A stretch of DNA of 64,000 nucleotides from Pseudolabrys sp. (GTDB lineage: Bacteria > Pseudomonadota > Alphaproteobacteria > Rhizobiales > Xanthobacteraceae): assembly GCA_035691545.1 (NCBI GenBank), contig DASSIT010000028.1:19348-83347 (forward strand), given 5' to 3'. Below are positions 47,266 to 58,392 of this stretch, piece after piece. Every line of letters starts with the position of its first letter. Position 1 is the first letter of the stretch. The position numbers and the translations under genes are program-made. The notes beneath the pieces were generated by a model. It saw nothing but the letters and a program-made list of their open reading frames with translations. It was not told where the DNA came from and did no database searches.

Positions 47266-48225
47266 ATGACCGATTCGCGGCTGCATGACTTGACCTTTCC
47301 GTTGCGGGGACCGGCAGAGCCCGGGCGACGCTTCGAAACTCCATTGGTGCCACGCAATTCGATATCTGGTCGCGCACTGGTGGCCGTCGTTGCAATCATG
47401 ACATTTCTTGCTTCGCTCACGATGGGGGCTGCAATCCTGGTCGCCAACGCTGCCGGCGAATGGCAATCGGACATTTCACGTGAAGTGACGATCCAGGTCA
47501 TTCCTGCGCCGGGTCGCGATCTCGATGCTACGGTAAACAAGGCGGTCTCGGTTGCCCGCGGAGTGGCCGGCATTGTGGATGTGCGGCCATATTCGAAAGA
47601 AGAATCCACTAAACTTCTTGAGCCTTGGCTCGGCAGCGGACTTTCGCTCAATGAATTACCCGTCCCTCGCCTGATCGTCGTCAAGATCGCAGCTGACGCG
47701 ACACCCGATCTCGCGCAGTTACGCCGAATTTTGGCCGATCAGGTCCCGGGGGCCATGCTCGACGATCACCGGGGATGGATTGAGCGAATGCGCGCTATGG
47801 CTGGCACGGCTGTCGCTGCCGGCGTCTGTATCTTGGTTCTCATGTTCGCCGCAACGATATTATCGGTTGCCTTTGCGACCCGTGGAGCGATGGCAACGAA
47901 CAAGGCAGTGATCGAGGTACTGCATTTTGTTGGTGCTAAGAACGGGTTTATCGCACGGCATTTCCAGCATCATTTCCTGATACTCGGCCTGCAGGGGGGA
48001 GCCATTGGAGGCGGTGCCGCAATTATCTTGTTTGCGGTTGCCGGCATCCTCAGCCACTGGTTCGTGGGTACGGCGAGCGGGGATCAGACCTCGGCGCTTT
48101 TTGGCTCTTTCTCTATCGGGCTGGCCGGTTACACCGCTGTCATTGTCCAGGTTGCGTTGATCGCGACTGTAACAGCCTTAACATCGCGATACACGGTCAA
48201 CAGCACGTTAGAAACAATCGACTGA
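47266..48225 (+). CDS. ftsX: Cell division permease FtsX
   Basis: Four-TM layout; LLEPWLG, DDH and IEVLHFVGA motifs; follows ftsE. Confidence 0.9.
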   Translation: MTDSRLHDLTFPLRGPAEPGRRFETPLVPRNSISGRALVAVVAIMTFLASLTMGAAILVANAAGEWQSDISREVTIQVIPAPGRDLDATVNKAVSVARGVAGIVDVRPYSKEESTKLLEPWLGSGLSLNELPVPRLIVVKIAADATPDLAQLRRILADQVPGAMLDDHRGWIERMRAMAGTAVAAGVCILVLMFAATILSVAFATRGAMATNKAVIEVLHFVGAKNGFIARHFQHHFLILGLQGGAIGGGAAIILFAVAGILSHWFVGTASGDQTSALFGSFSIGLAGYTAVIVQVALIATVTALTSRYTVNSTLETID

Positions 48226-48226
48226 C

Positions 48227-48835
48227 ATGTTTGGAGTTATCGCGCGCTGGATTGGATTTTTGACGATGGCTGCCGGGGCCACCGGGATATTGTTGCTTGG
48301 GGGCGGATTTGGCTGGTTCGTGTTGCGCATAGCCAACGATGAGATAACGCTCGATCGCAATGCCGATGGCATTGTTGTGCTTACGGGCGCGGCAGCACGA
48401 ATACCCGACGCGATCGAATTGTTGGCGACTGACCATGGAAAGCGGCTATTGATTACTGGCGTTCACCGGGCGACCAGCGCCAGCGAAATCGCGAGACTCA
48501 CCCCCCTTTATTCCAAGTATTTTACGTGCTGCGTCGATCTCGACCGCTCGGCACTCAATACCTTCGGCAACGCGCTTGAAGCAAAACGTTGGGCGCGACA
48601 GCACAATTTCAATTCTCTGATCGTAGTCACGTCGAACTGGCATATGCCGCGCGCAATGGCAGAGCTTTCACATCAGCTGCCCGACGTGACATTGATCAGC
48701 TATCCGGTCATCTCGGAAAAGGTTAAGACCGAGCCATGGTGGTCAAACACGGATACCGCACGTCTGCTATTCGCGGAGTATCTGAAATATTTATTTGCGC
48801 TGGCGCGCATGCGTCTTGATCCTGATGGCGCATAA
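48227..48835 (+). CDS. YdcF/ElyC (DUF218) family protein
   Basis: DGIVVLTG, NTFGNA, VVTSNWHMPRA and EYLK motifs. Confidence 0.9.
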   Translation: MFGVIARWIGFLTMAAGATGILLLGGGFGWFVLRIANDEITLDRNADGIVVLTGAAARIPDAIELLATDHGKRLLITGVHRATSASEIARLTPLYSKYFTCCVDLDRSALNTFGNALEAKRWARQHNFNSLIVVTSNWHMPRAMAELSHQLPDVTLISYPVISEKVKTEPWWSNTDTARLLFAEYLKYLFALARMRLDPDGA

Positions 48836-48849
48836 TAGAGGGACCGTCG

Positions 48850-49626
48850 GTGGTCATTATTCTCCGCTCGATTGCCTTCAACGCGCTGTTCTATCTGAAC
48901 ACGCTCTTGTTCCTTATTATTGCTTTGCCGACGTTTTTCATGCCTTACCGCGCCATCATCGCGGTCGCGAAGTCGTGGGGCCGCGTCAATCTTGTTCTGT
49001 TGCGTGCCGTTGCCGGTATTAACTGCGAAATTCGCGGGCGCGATAAAATCCCCAAGGGTCCGCTTATCGTCGCGGCGAAACATCAATCCGCCTGGGAAAC
49101 GTTCGCGTTGCTGCCGCTGATCGATAATCCCGTTTACATTCTCAAGCGTGAACTGCAGTGGATTCCGATTTTCGGTTGGCTCACCATTAAGGGGCGAATG
49201 GTTCCGGTAGATCGCGGCGGGGGCGCTCAGGCGCTTGCTGCCATGATCGACCGGGCCCGCACCGAGCTCGCGGAAAATCGCCAGCTGATAATTTTTCCTG
49301 AAGGTACGCGCAGGCCAGCGGGCGCCGACCCGCGCTACAAAGTCGGTGTGGCACATCTTTATGCCGCGGGAGGAGTGCCGTGTTTGCCGATTGCGCTCAA
49401 CTCAGGGCTATTCTGGCCACGCCGGTCGCTTTGGCGATTTCCCGGTACTGTAATCGCTGAAATCCTCGATCCGATCTCACCCGGGCTCGACAAAGATGCA
49501 TTCTTCGCTCGTCTTCAGAATGACATTGAAACGGCGACCGCTCGGCTTGTCGCCGAGGGGCGTTCGAAGATGGTCGGAGAACCGATCACCGCATCCGCGC
49601 AAAATGCGAATTCCGGGCTACCATAA
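48850..49626 (+). CDS. plsC: 1-acyl-sn-glycerol-3-phosphate acyltransferase
   Basis: KHQSAWET, VDR and IFPEGTR motifs. Confidence 0.9.
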   Translation: MVIILRSIAFNALFYLNTLLFLIIALPTFFMPYRAIIAVAKSWGRVNLVLLRAVAGINCEIRGRDKIPKGPLIVAAKHQSAWETFALLPLIDNPVYILKRELQWIPIFGWLTIKGRMVPVDRGGGAQALAAMIDRARTELAENRQLIIFPEGTRRPAGADPRYKVGVAHLYAAGGVPCLPIALNSGLFWPRRSLWRFPGTVIAEILDPISPGLDKDAFFARLQNDIETATARLVAEGRSKMVGEPITASAQNANSGLP

Positions 49627-49639
49627 AGACGCGCGCAAT

Positions 49640-50209
49640 TTAACCGGAGGCGGACTCGTGAATGCCTCTAAGGTACTCGGCAAGGCGCTGCAGTTCGGCA
49701 TCGCGGATTCCCAGCGTGTGGAGCTCTTTCATGGCCGCAAGCACATAATCTCGGCACGCTCCGGAACGGCCATGGCCTTGGCGCGCGTAATGAAGCTGGT
49801 CGGATAGACCGAGCCGTCCCGCATATTGGCGATGGCCCCGGTCGACGACGTAACAAAGCGCGTGCACGCCCTGCTGCGGATCGTCGTCAAGCCAAACTCT
49901 ACGCCACGTTTCGCGATAAACGAGAGTGACTTGCTCGCGTGCGCGGAGATATTCAATAGTCTGCAGTCGGTGTTTTTCGGCAACTCGGTATGCGATGCCC
50001 CGACAATTGCCACCGCGATCTAAACCGAACACAAGACCCGGCTTTTGCGGAGTTCCCCGGTGCACGAACGAATAGACGCAGAGTGCCCGGTGGGCGCCGA
50101 CCAGACGGGCACTGCGCCGCTCGAGAAAATCGAAACCAGGCCGCCACATGAGCGAGCCATAGGCGAAGACCCACAGGTCTTCGTTGATTTGACCGGAATG
50201 TGTGTTCAT
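49640..50209 (-). CDS. Gamma-glutamylcyclotransferase (ChaC)
   Basis: WVFAYGSLMWRPGF, HRGT and YLRARE motifs. Confidence 0.9.
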   Translation of the reverse strand: MNTHSGQINEDLWVFAYGSLMWRPGFDFLERRSARLVGAHRALCVYSFVHRGTPQKPGLVFGLDRGGNCRGIAYRVAEKHRLQTIEYLRAREQVTLVYRETWRRVWLDDDPQQGVHALCYVVDRGHRQYAGRLGLSDQLHYARQGHGRSGACRDYVLAAMKELHTLGIRDAELQRLAEYLRGIHESASG

Positions 50210-50319
50210 CGTGGCGGGAATGCTGGACTTATGCTCGCCTAACAGGACACCGGTTATCCTGCAACCGGCCTATGGACGGAGGGCGCAGAAACGCCTTATT
50301 CGGCAGGTTTTGAGATTGG

Positions 50320-51456
50320 ATGATGCGCAACCCAAAAAGCCTGCAATCGCGCCGTCGAACCGGGCGCCGCTATATTATTCTGTTGTTCACGATTTTTGCG
50401 TTGGTCGCAGGTTGGACGGGGTTTTGGAAATTTGCGGCCGGAAAGGCGCAGCAGACCATCGAAGACTGGCGCGCCCGCGAGGCCAAGGCTGGCCGGGACT
50501 ATGCGTGTGGCTCTGAAACGATTGGCGGTTTTCCATTCCGGATTGAAGTGAATTGCAACCAAGCTTCTGCGGTGATCCGCAGCAATCAGCCACCAATTGA
50601 GCTCAAGGCCGACAACCTCGTCGTGGTTGCGCAGGTTTATCAGCCCGGTTTGCTTATCAGCGAGTACCACGGCCCACTCACGATCGGCGAACCGGGTAAA
50701 TCGCCGGACATCGTCGCTAACTGGACGCTTGCCCAATCGAGCGTGCGGGGTACCCCGGCGGCGCCGGAGCGTGTGTCGCTGGTGTTCGACAGTGCAACAA
50801 TTGACCGCAAGAGCGGCGACGTACGCCAGAATCTTCTGCACGCCGCGCATCTCGAGATCCACGGGCGCATGGCTGAGGGCTCAGCTGCCAGTAGGCCGGT
50901 GATCGAAGTTGCATTGCAGGTTGATCGAGCTATCGCTCCGTCATTGCATCCAGCCCTTGCGCAGCCGATCAACGCAAGCGTCACCGCGATGCTTCGCGGG
51001 CTGAAGGATTTTGCGCCCAAACCGTGGCCTGTGCGCTTCCGCGAAATTCAGGCGGCTGACGGCAGCATCGATATCAAGCAGGCGCGGGTGCAGCAGGGAG
51101 ATATAATTGCAGTGGGATCCGGAACGTTGTCGCTCAATGCCGAGGGCCGGCTCGAAGGGCAATTGCGTGTTACGATGACTGGCCTCGAGCAATTTCTGGC
51201 TACGATTGGAGCGCAGCAGCGCGTGCAGGCCTCGCCGAACATGGACAAGCTTGTCGGTGCGCTCGACCGGCTCGCCCCGGGTCTCGGCGATGTGGCACGT
51301 CAGCAGGCAGGCGCCAATCTTTCTCTCGGGATCAGTTTGCTTGGCGAACAGACGACACTCGAGGGCAAGCGTGCGGTGACACTGCCCTTGCGTTTCAGCG
51401 ACGGCGCTGTCTTTCTTGGACCGATCCCGATCGGCAACGCGCCGGCATTGTTTTAG
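50320..51456 (+). CDS. DUF2125 domain protein
   Basis: N-terminal TM; GGFPFRIEV; C-terminal GAVFLGPIPIG. Confidence 0.85.
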   Translation: MMRNPKSLQSRRRTGRRYIILLFTIFALVAGWTGFWKFAAGKAQQTIEDWRAREAKAGRDYACGSETIGGFPFRIEVNCNQASAVIRSNQPPIELKADNLVVVAQVYQPGLLISEYHGPLTIGEPGKSPDIVANWTLAQSSVRGTPAAPERVSLVFDSATIDRKSGDVRQNLLHAAHLEIHGRMAEGSAASRPVIEVALQVDRAIAPSLHPALAQPINASVTAMLRGLKDFAPKPWPVRFREIQAADGSIDIKQARVQQGDIIAVGSGTLSLNAEGRLEGQLRVTMTGLEQFLATIGAQQRVQASPNMDKLVGALDRLAPGLGDVARQQAGANLSLGISLLGEQTTLEGKRAVTLPLRFSDGAVFLGPIPIGNAPALF

Positions 51457-52424
51457 TTTTTTTCCGACGCATATGGCTTCGGTAGCGGTTCATGCGGCAA
51501 ATCCGGATGGGGGCGGCCGAAATCGGGCGACGGGGAATCCTGGCCAATGTCCACGATTCCCTTGCGGATGGCGCGGGTTCGCGCAAAATGCTCGAACAGT
51601 GCCTTGCCGTCGTTTTTGCGGATCGCTTTCGTCAGGGCCGAGACGTCTTCATTGAAGCGGCCGAGCATTTCCAGAACGGCATCTTTGTTCGCAAGAAACA
51701 CGTCGCGCCACATTGTGGGATCGGAAGCGGCAATACGGGTAAAGTCGCGAAAGCCGCCGGCCGAGAATTTCAACACTTCTGACCGCGTCACGGTTTGCAA
51801 TTCGTCTGCCGTACCGACGATTGTGTAGGCGATAAGATGCGGAAGATGGCTTGTGATAGCGAGAACAAGGTCATGATGATCGGGCGCCATGGTCTCGACG
51901 TTGGCACCGATAAGCCGCCAGAACGCGGCGAGCTTTTCTAGGGCCTTCGGATCGACGCCTTCGGGCGGTGTCAAAATGCACCAGCGATTTACAAAAAGCT
52001 CGGCAAAGCCGGCATCCGGACCAGAATATTCGGTGCCCGCGACGGGGTGGGCCGGGATGAACTCCACCGTCTTTGGCAGGTGCGGAGCCATATCGCGCAC
52101 AATTGCTCCCTTAACGGAACCAACATCGGAAACGATTGCCCCGGCGGCGAGGTGCGGTCCAATCTCCTTGGCAACAGAACCGCAGGCGCCAACGGGAACA
52201 CAGACGATGACAAGGTCGGCGCCTTCGACGGCTGCCGCGTTGGATTCGACCACTTGGTCGGCAAGACCGAGTTCCGCAACGCGCCGGCGTGTCTGTGGCG
52301 ATCGTGCCGTCGCAACAATTGTTCCGACAGCGCCTTGCGCACGCGCCGCGCGCGCGATCGATGAGCCGATAAGGCCTACGCCGATCAGTGCGAGGCGATT
52401 AAACAGGGTGGCCGGTTTAGTCAC
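51453..52424 (-). CDS. tyrC: Prephenate/arogenate (cyclohexadienyl) dehydrogenase
   Basis: [26 protein letters not shown] and GFRDFTRIA motifs. Confidence 0.93.
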   Translation of the reverse strand: MTKPATLFNRLALIGVGLIGSSIARAARAQGAVGTIVATARSPQTRRRVAELGLADQVVESNAAAVEGADLVIVCVPVGACGSVAKEIGPHLAAGAIVSDVGSVKGAIVRDMAPHLPKTVEFIPAHPVAGTEYSGPDAGFAELFVNRWCILTPPEGVDPKALEKLAAFWRLIGANVETMAPDHHDLVLAITSHLPHLIAYTIVGTADELQTVTRSEVLKFSAGGFRDFTRIAASDPTMWRDVFLANKDAVLEMLGRFNEDVSALTKAIRKNDGKALFEHFARTRAIRKGIVDIGQDSPSPDFGRPHPDLPHEPLPKPYASEKN

Positions 52425-53524
52425 GCCCTCTTCCCCAGAAATTCTTTGAGTGCCTGGACGACGAGCCGGTTTGCCTCCTCGGTGCCGACACTCATGCGCA
52501 AGGCATTCGGCAGCTTGTACGCGCCAACCTGGCGAAGAATGAGGCCTCGCTTCGTAAGGAATGCGTCCGCATCCTTGGCGGTATGGCCACGCGTTTCAGG
52601 AAAATGTATGAGCAAAAAATTTGCTGCGCTCGGAGTTACGTTGAGACCAAGTTTGCCGATTTCGTCGGTCAACCACGCAAGCCATTGCGTATTGTGCTGT
52701 CGCGAACGTTCGACGTGGCTGGTATCGCGGATGGCGGCGATGCCGGCCTCGATTGCCGGACCGTTGACGTTAAACGGACCGCGGATGCGATTGATGGCAT
52801 TCACGACATGCGCCGGGCCGTACATCCAGCCAAGCCGCAATGCGGCAAGCCCATAAATTTTCGAGAATGTGCGCGTCATTACGACATTATCGTTCGTGGC
52901 AACCAGTTCGATTCCGGACTCGTAGTCGTTGCGTTGAACGTATTCGGCATAGGCTGCGTCGAGCACGAGCAACACGTTCGGCGGCAGCCCCTCATGGAGG
53001 CGCTTGACCTCGTCGAACGGAATGTAAGTGCCGGTCGGGTTGTTTGGATTTGCGAGAAATATGATTTTCGTCCTCGGCGTCACGGCTGCGAGAATGGCAT
53101 TCACGTCTGCCGTAAAATTATGTTCGGGCGCAGCAATTGGTTTTGCCCCCGTCCCCATCGTGGCGATCGGGTACACAAGAAATCCGTGCGTCGTGTAGAC
53201 TGCCTCATCGCCATCCGAGAGATAGGCGCGGGCGAGCAGATTGAGCAGATCGTCGGAACCCGCTCCGCAAACGATACGCGCGGGATCGAGCCCGAACGCG
53301 GCGCCGATCGCCTCGCGCAATGCCGAGGCCGATCCATCCGGATAGTCCTCGAGGTGATTGCCTGCTTCGCGATAAGCGGCAATTGCATTGGCGCTCGGCC
53401 CCAATGGTGTCTCATTGGAAGATAGCTTGAATATCTTGGCGACACCTGGCGCTCTGCTCTTGCCCGGAACATAGGGGGCAATCTCGATCACGCCTGGGCG
53501 CGGTTGCGGGCGATTAGTAGCCAT
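52421..53524 (-). CDS. hisC: Histidinol-phosphate aminotransferase
   Basis: KLSSNE, NPNNPTG, DAAYAEY and [16 protein letters not shown] motifs. Confidence 0.95.
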   Translation of the reverse strand: MATNRPQPRPGVIEIAPYVPGKSRAPGVAKIFKLSSNETPLGPSANAIAAYREAGNHLEDYPDGSASALREAIGAAFGLDPARIVCGAGSDDLLNLLARAYLSDGDEAVYTTHGFLVYPIATMGTGAKPIAAPEHNFTADVNAILAAVTPRTKIIFLANPNNPTGTYIPFDEVKRLHEGLPPNVLLVLDAAYAEYVQRNDYESGIELVATNDNVVMTRTFSKIYGLAALRLGWMYGPAHVVNAINRIRGPFNVNGPAIEAGIAAIRDTSHVERSRQHNTQWLAWLTDEIGKLGLNVTPSAANFLLIHFPETRGHTAKDADAFLTKRGLILRQVGAYKLPNALRMSVGTEEANRLVVQALKEFLGKRA

Positions 53525-53547
53525 GCGGTTTTCCGAACGGTCGGGCC

Positions 53548-54387
53548 TTATCGGACAACCGTATAGCGGGTTGCATGGCTCCCGACGAGGGTCGCCGAGC
53601 GCACGGTGGCGCCAGCCTTAACCAATGCGGCGCTGATCGTCTCGAGGTTTGTCTCTTTTCGCAAAGTTACGAGGAGGGCCGCCCCGTCAAAGGCACGGTC
53701 CGGTACAGCAATGAATTCGGCTAGCGTGGTTAGTGCCTGCGCAGGCGCGGCACCCCAGCCCGACACCCGTACGCTCCAAACCGCCGCTTCAGTTGCCATT
53801 GCATCCGGGGCGACCCTCGAGAGCACGAAAACCGGGAGTGCCGCGGGGTGGTCGGGGCGTTCGACGAATGGCAAGCGCGCAATGATTTTGGGCGCTGCAT
53901 CGAATTCGAGCGCGTTCCACCAGGCACCCGCTGAGGCTACGTCGAATGCCGGCACCAGTCCGAGATCGCCTTTTGAGGTTGAAACGGCTGCGACAACGCC
54001 TGCCGCGCCCATATGTGCGACGAAAGGAACGGTAAAGCCAAAATGAAACCGCGCCGAGTCGCGCATGAGCGCGTCGCCTGCCGAAAGGTCGGCATGCACG
54101 GAGAAAGGCGCCTGCACATATGTAAAGGTCGAAATGATTACGCGCCAAATGCTCTCGACTGTATCGAGCGGCAGGATGCCTTTGTGCCGTCCAACCAAGC
54201 GTCGCATCATCTCAGCCTCGCGCGCGGGCCGGAAAGCTGACGTGCCGGTGTCCTGGCTTCGCTTGACGGCGATCAAACGGTCGATAATTTCGCCGCGCTC
54301 GATCAAAAGCTGGTGCATTCCCTCATCGATGCGGTCGATCTCCTTGCGCAGATCGGCCAGCGAGGGTTCTTCGGGTGGCTTTGTCAT
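53548..54387 (-). CDS. Chorismate mutase (AroQ domain plus C-terminal extension)
   Basis: [19 protein letters not shown] and WRVII motifs; upstream of hisC-tyrC. Confidence 0.88.
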   Translation of the reverse strand: MTKPPEEPSLADLRKEIDRIDEGMHQLLIERGEIIDRLIAVKRSQDTGTSAFRPAREAEMMRRLVGRHKGILPLDTVESIWRVIISTFTYVQAPFSVHADLSAGDALMRDSARFHFGFTVPFVAHMGAAGVVAAVSTSKGDLGLVPAFDVASAGAWWNALEFDAAPKIIARLPFVERPDHPAALPVFVLSRVAPDAMATEAAVWSVRVSGWGAAPAQALTTLAEFIAVPDRAFDGAALLVTLRKETNLETISAALVKAGATVRSATLVGSHATRYTVVR

Positions 54388-54514
54388 GGCTGCATTGATA
54401 AGTGGGCTGAGCATTGAAATCAAAGAAAACGTTGACTGTGGCCTGCCAGGTTGACAGTAAACCTCTATTATCAGGCCCGCGATGCGGGTAGCGCGCCAGG
54501 AGCGCACGGCCGAT

Positions 54515-55711
54515 ATGAGCAATGTCAATCTGACGGGCAAAAGTGAGGAGGCCGATGCACCGCGCGAGGCGGACCAGCCGCATGAGTCGCTTATCGCTCG
54601 CTTCGGCGCCGACAAGCCGCTGAAGCTCGATGCCGGCGTTGAGTTGACCCCGTTCCAGATCGCTTACAAGACTTACGGCAAGCTCAATCCGCACCGTTCC
54701 AACGCGGTACTGATCTGCCACGCACTTACGGGCGACCAGCACGTTGCGAGCTTTCATCCTGTCACCAAGAAAGCTGGTTGGTGGGAGACCATGGTTGGGC
54801 CCGGCAAACCGATCGACACGAACCGTTATTTTGTAATCTGCCCGAACGTGGTTGGAGCCTGCATGGGCACGACCGGTCCTTCCTCCACTGATCCGAAAAC
54901 CGGCAAGCCCTGGGGCCTCGACTTTCCGGTTATCACCATCCGCGACATGGTGCGTGCGCAGGCCATGCTGCTTGATCATCTCGGCATTGAATCCTTGTTT
55001 GCGGTCGCCGGCGGTTCAATGGGCGGAATGCAGGTGCTGCAATGGGCGGCGAGCTACCCTGCGCGCGTGTTTTCTGCGTTACCGATCGCCTGTGCCACTC
55101 GCCATTCGGCGCAGAATATTGCGTTCCACGAAGTCGGCAGACAGGCGATTATGGCTGATCCGGAATGGCGCGGCGGGCGCTATCTGCTGGAAGATACCAA
55201 CCCGCGTCGCGGGCTCGCGGTCGCGCGCATGGGAGCGCACATAACCTACCTGTCCGACGCAGCATTGCACCGAAAATTTGGGCGCAAATTCCAGGACCGG
55301 GCAAATCCGACGTTCTCGTTTGATGCGGATTTTGAGGTCGAATCGTATTTGCGCCACCAGGGGATTTCGTTCGTCGAACGATTCGACGCAAATTCCTACC
55401 TCTACCTCACGCGCGCAATGGACTATTTCGACCTTGCCGCTGATTACGATGGTGTGTTGGCCAAGGCATTCAAGGGCACGGCTACGCGCTTCTGCGTCGT
55501 TTCTTTTACCAGCGACTGGCTGTTCCCGACCTCGGAATCCCGTGAAATCGTGCATGCGCTCAATGCGGCCAGCGCGAGAGTTTCGTTCGCGGAAATTGTT
55601 ACCGACAAGGGTCATGATGCCTTTCTGCTCGACGAGCCGGAATTGTTCGCGATTGTGCGGGGCTTCCTCGACGGCGCAGGCATTGCGCGTGGTCTTGGGG
55701 CCAAGAGTTGA
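54515..55711 (+). CDS. metX: Homoserine O-acetyl/succinyltransferase
   Basis: [23 protein letters not shown] and GHDAFL motifs. Confidence 0.95.
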   Translation: MSNVNLTGKSEEADAPREADQPHESLIARFGADKPLKLDAGVELTPFQIAYKTYGKLNPHRSNAVLICHALTGDQHVASFHPVTKKAGWWETMVGPGKPIDTNRYFVICPNVVGACMGTTGPSSTDPKTGKPWGLDFPVITIRDMVRAQAMLLDHLGIESLFAVAGGSMGGMQVLQWAASYPARVFSALPIACATRHSAQNIAFHEVGRQAIMADPEWRGGRYLLEDTNPRRGLAVARMGAHITYLSDAALHRKFGRKFQDRANPTFSFDADFEVESYLRHQGISFVERFDANSYLYLTRAMDYFDLAADYDGVLAKAFKGTATRFCVVSFTSDWLFPTSESREIVHALNAASARVSFAEIVTDKGHDAFLLDEPELFAIVRGFLDGAGIARGLGAKS

Positions 55712-55714
55712 TCC

Positions 55715-56383
55715 ATGAGCAACCTCGCGCGGACAGCAACCAAACCGACCGCACCTGGAATTGCGCGCTTTCCTGGCGGCCCTCGTGTCGACCTGGTCTT
55801 GGTCGCCGAGATGGTCGAGCGCGGTGCGAAAGTCCTCGACGTCGGATGCGGCGATGGCGAATTGCTGCGTCTTCTCAGCGAAAGCCGTGGCGTCGACGGG
55901 CGCGGAATCGAGCTGTCGCGAGAGGGTGTGAATGAATGCGTTACGAAGGGGTTGGCTGTGATTCAGGGCGACGCCGATACCGACCTCAGTGACTATCCGG
56001 ACGATGCGTTCGACTACGTCATTCTATCGCAGACGCTACAGGCCACGCGGCATCCTCGGGTGGTACTCGAACACATGTTGCGAATTGGGCGACATGCCAT
56101 CGTGTCGTTCCCGAACTTCGGCCATTGGCAGGTCCGGTTTCAGTTGCTGTTTGCGGGCCATATGCCACGCACGGATATTCTGCCCTACAGCTGGTACAAC
56201 ACGCCCAATATCCACCACTGCACGATCAAGGACTTCCGCGTGCTCTGCACGGAGATCGGCGTGAAGATGGAAAAGGCAGTGGCACTCAATGCCTGGGGTG
56301 CGCCGCTGAGGCTCAACGCGCCTTGGTGGTTCTGGAACCTGTTCGGTGAGCAAGCGGTCTTTCTGCTCAGCCGGAAAGTCTGA
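55715..56383 (+). CDS. metW: Methionine biosynthesis protein MetW
   Basis: VLDVGCGDG, LSQTLQA, SFPNFGHW and WYNTPNIH motifs. Confidence 0.94.
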   Translation: MSNLARTATKPTAPGIARFPGGPRVDLVLVAEMVERGAKVLDVGCGDGELLRLLSESRGVDGRGIELSREGVNECVTKGLAVIQGDADTDLSDYPDDAFDYVILSQTLQATRHPRVVLEHMLRIGRHAIVSFPNFGHWQVRFQLLFAGHMPRTDILPYSWYNTPNIHHCTIKDFRVLCTEIGVKMEKAVALNAWGAPLRLNAPWWFWNLFGEQAVFLLSRKV

Positions 56384-56707
56384 AAACCCAGTAACTTCGG
56401 CCTGCCGGAATTTGGCGAGGGCGCTTTGCTGCCCCGTTAACTGTAGCCAGACGGACGAAATCTTTGGCCAACAGTATAGCGATGAAAAACAACAGTATTA
56501 TCGTATGCGTGCGCGTATCCGATTTTCCAAAGCGTGTATAATATTTTCGCAGCGGGTATTCCAATGGAATAGCGGCTATGCAGTCCATGAAATGACCTTT
56601 CATTGATCACGAAATTGCCATATGCGAGCAGCGTTTGGACACCGTGTTCCAGGGCTGATTCTGTCGACACTGGACGCATTGCTTAAATAGCTTAAGGGGA
56701 CTACTCG

Positions 56708-57376
56708 ATGACAATTAATCCTAGGCGGGCGACGGTACTCTTGTGTTCGGTGGCGGCTGCACTTCTTGCAACGTCAGCCTTCGCAAGACCCGTCCATCAC
56801 CATCGGCACCGCGCGATGGCAGCGCCGCAAAGAGTATTGGGGCCGCAATCGCTTGGGGCCGATCGAGACGTACGTTATGCGTTCAACGCAACTCAGGGTG
56901 CGTCTGCAACACCGTCCGTTTCGGAAGGCCTCGGCAAAGGCATCCAGCGCAGCCGCTATGGGCGACGGACACTCGCCGACGCGCGTGCACGCGCACAATC
57001 GCACTCAAATTCTGCGTTCGGCGGAGCAACCAGCAATTCGCTGGTAGTCGAAGCGCGTAAATACATCGGCACCAATCCGACGGGCCGGGGCAGTCTTTGG
57101 TGCGGAGCCTTCATGGATCTGGTGCTTAAGCGGACCGGTCATGCGGGCGGCGGAAATCTTGCGAGCGCGTATGCCCGCTACGGCACCAAGGTAAGTGGTC
57201 CGCAAGTCGGCGCCATCGCCGTCATGGGGCGTCGCGGCGGCGGTCACGTCGGTGTCGTCAGCGGTGTTGACCCGAACGGCAATCCGATCATCGTATCCGG
57301 CAACCACAACCACACTGTTGCTGAAGCGGTCTATCCGGCCGGGCGTATCAACACCTATGTGTTGCCGGGCGGCTGA
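56708..57376 (+). CDS. Secreted CHAP/NlpC-like (TIGR02594-type) putative peptidoglycan hydrolase
   Basis: Signal peptide and His-rich linker; WCGAF catalytic Cys; GGHVG His; SGN. Confidence 0.8.
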   Translation: MTINPRRATVLLCSVAAALLATSAFARPVHHHRHRAMAAPQRVLGPQSLGADRDVRYAFNATQGASATPSVSEGLGKGIQRSRYGRRTLADARARAQSHSNSAFGGATSNSLVVEARKYIGTNPTGRGSLWCGAFMDLVLKRTGHAGGGNLASAYARYGTKVSGPQVGAIAVMGRRGGGHVGVVSGVDPNGNPIIVSGNHNHTVAEAVYPAGRINTYVLPGG

Positions 57377-57415
57377 GCGCCGATTCTGGCCTGAACGAAA
57401 TGGGCCATCGAGAAC

Positions 57416-57457
57416 AAGCCCGCGCCCCATTCATCCAAGTGGGGCGCGGCTTTTTTA
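57416..57457. terminator. Intrinsic terminator between convergent genes
   Basis: AAGCCCGCGCCCCA-TTCATCCAAG-TGGGGCGCGGCTTTTTT. Confidence 0.75.
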
Positions 57458-58228
57458 TTCGCCGACTTTGACGGCGTCGCCGACGCTGATATTGCCCGGG
57501 GCGGTGACGTCCGCATAGACGCCGCAATCGGTGTGATTGAAATTGTCCAGGAGCGCGCGCGGAATCGCCAGGTCGCGAACGCCGGTGTTGGGGTCGACAT
57601 CCGTCGCGGAGCAACGCTGGATTCGTTTGACGACCTTCAACCGTGCCGTAGGGCCAATCAGCAGGTCTCGGCCGAGGAGCTCGAATTCATGCCATGCCGG
57701 CCACCCTGCGACGTAAAGATTGCCGCGAAATCGCAGGGGATCGACCGGCGCACCGACCACATTCTCGACCGTAGCCACCGAGGCGAGATTGATGATCGAG
57801 ACTACTTTCCGCGCTACGTCCGAAAAACTATGGCCCGCCCCAAAGAGCACTTTCGGCGGTCCGTTCAGGTCCTTCGGCATGAATCGGCGGAAAAAGGCTT
57901 CGATCATCAGCCTTCCCTCCTTCGTGCGCAGGTCGCCGCGCACGGCTTCTCGGCCTTCCCAGAGAACCGATAGTGTGTGGTCTGTCTCGTTGAAATCGGT
58001 CCGTAGCGCAGCTAGCCGCTCGTTGCGCATGAGCATCAGGAAGCGTTGCTTGGGAAAGTAAGCTGGCGCCGCCGGATCAAATCCGCAGGGGCCATTTTCG
58101 ATCGCATAGAGGCGATCGGCCGGCAGTGTCTGGCCGACAGCGAGGTGAGTTCGGCCAAGGCTTTGAGGCGAAAGCCCTTTGACGGGATAGCGGTAAATTG
58201 CGCGGATTGCGGACGGCTCGGGTGTCAT
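57455..58228 (-). CDS. MOSC domain protein
   Basis: IYRYPVKG, DRLYA, RFRGN, RC and CGVYA motifs; start may be 58252. Confidence 0.9.
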   Translation of the reverse strand: MTPEPSAIRAIYRYPVKGLSPQSLGRTHLAVGQTLPADRLYAIENGPCGFDPAAPAYFPKQRFLMLMRNERLAALRTDFNETDHTLSVLWEGREAVRGDLRTKEGRLMIEAFFRRFMPKDLNGPPKVLFGAGHSFSDVARKVVSIINLASVATVENVVGAPVDPLRFRGNLYVAGWPAWHEFELLGRDLLIGPTARLKVVKRIQRCSATDVDPNTGVRDLAIPRALLDNFNHTDCGVYADVTAPGNISVGDAVKVGE

Positions 58229-58294
58229 CGATTTCTGCACATTTTGGGCCACTCCGCAAAGGATTAACGCTGACCTATATCAATCAAACCGGCC

Positions 58295-58323
58295 CTTCAA
58301 ACTGAAATAAGGACACCCACATA
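58295..58323 (+). promoter_or_regulatory. Possible RpoH (sigma32) promoter of clpB
   Basis: CTTCAA-N15-CCCACATA, an imperfect match to CTTGAA...CCCAT/CCTATA. Confidence 0.4.
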
Positions 58324-58392
58324 ATGCGAGAATCGGGCTGCCTGGATGGGGCCCGGCTTTACCGGCGCCTTTGAGGGCCGAGGGAGTGAGAC

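Noticed and set aside
54430-54514. SAM or SAH riboswitch upstream of metX
   Set aside because: The leader is short and lacks SAM-II, SAH or SAM-SAH consensus; only a small hairpin is present
56367-56603. 78-aa minus-strand ORF in the AT-rich gap after metW
   Set aside because: No RBS or family features; more likely the regulatory region of the downstream hydrolase gene
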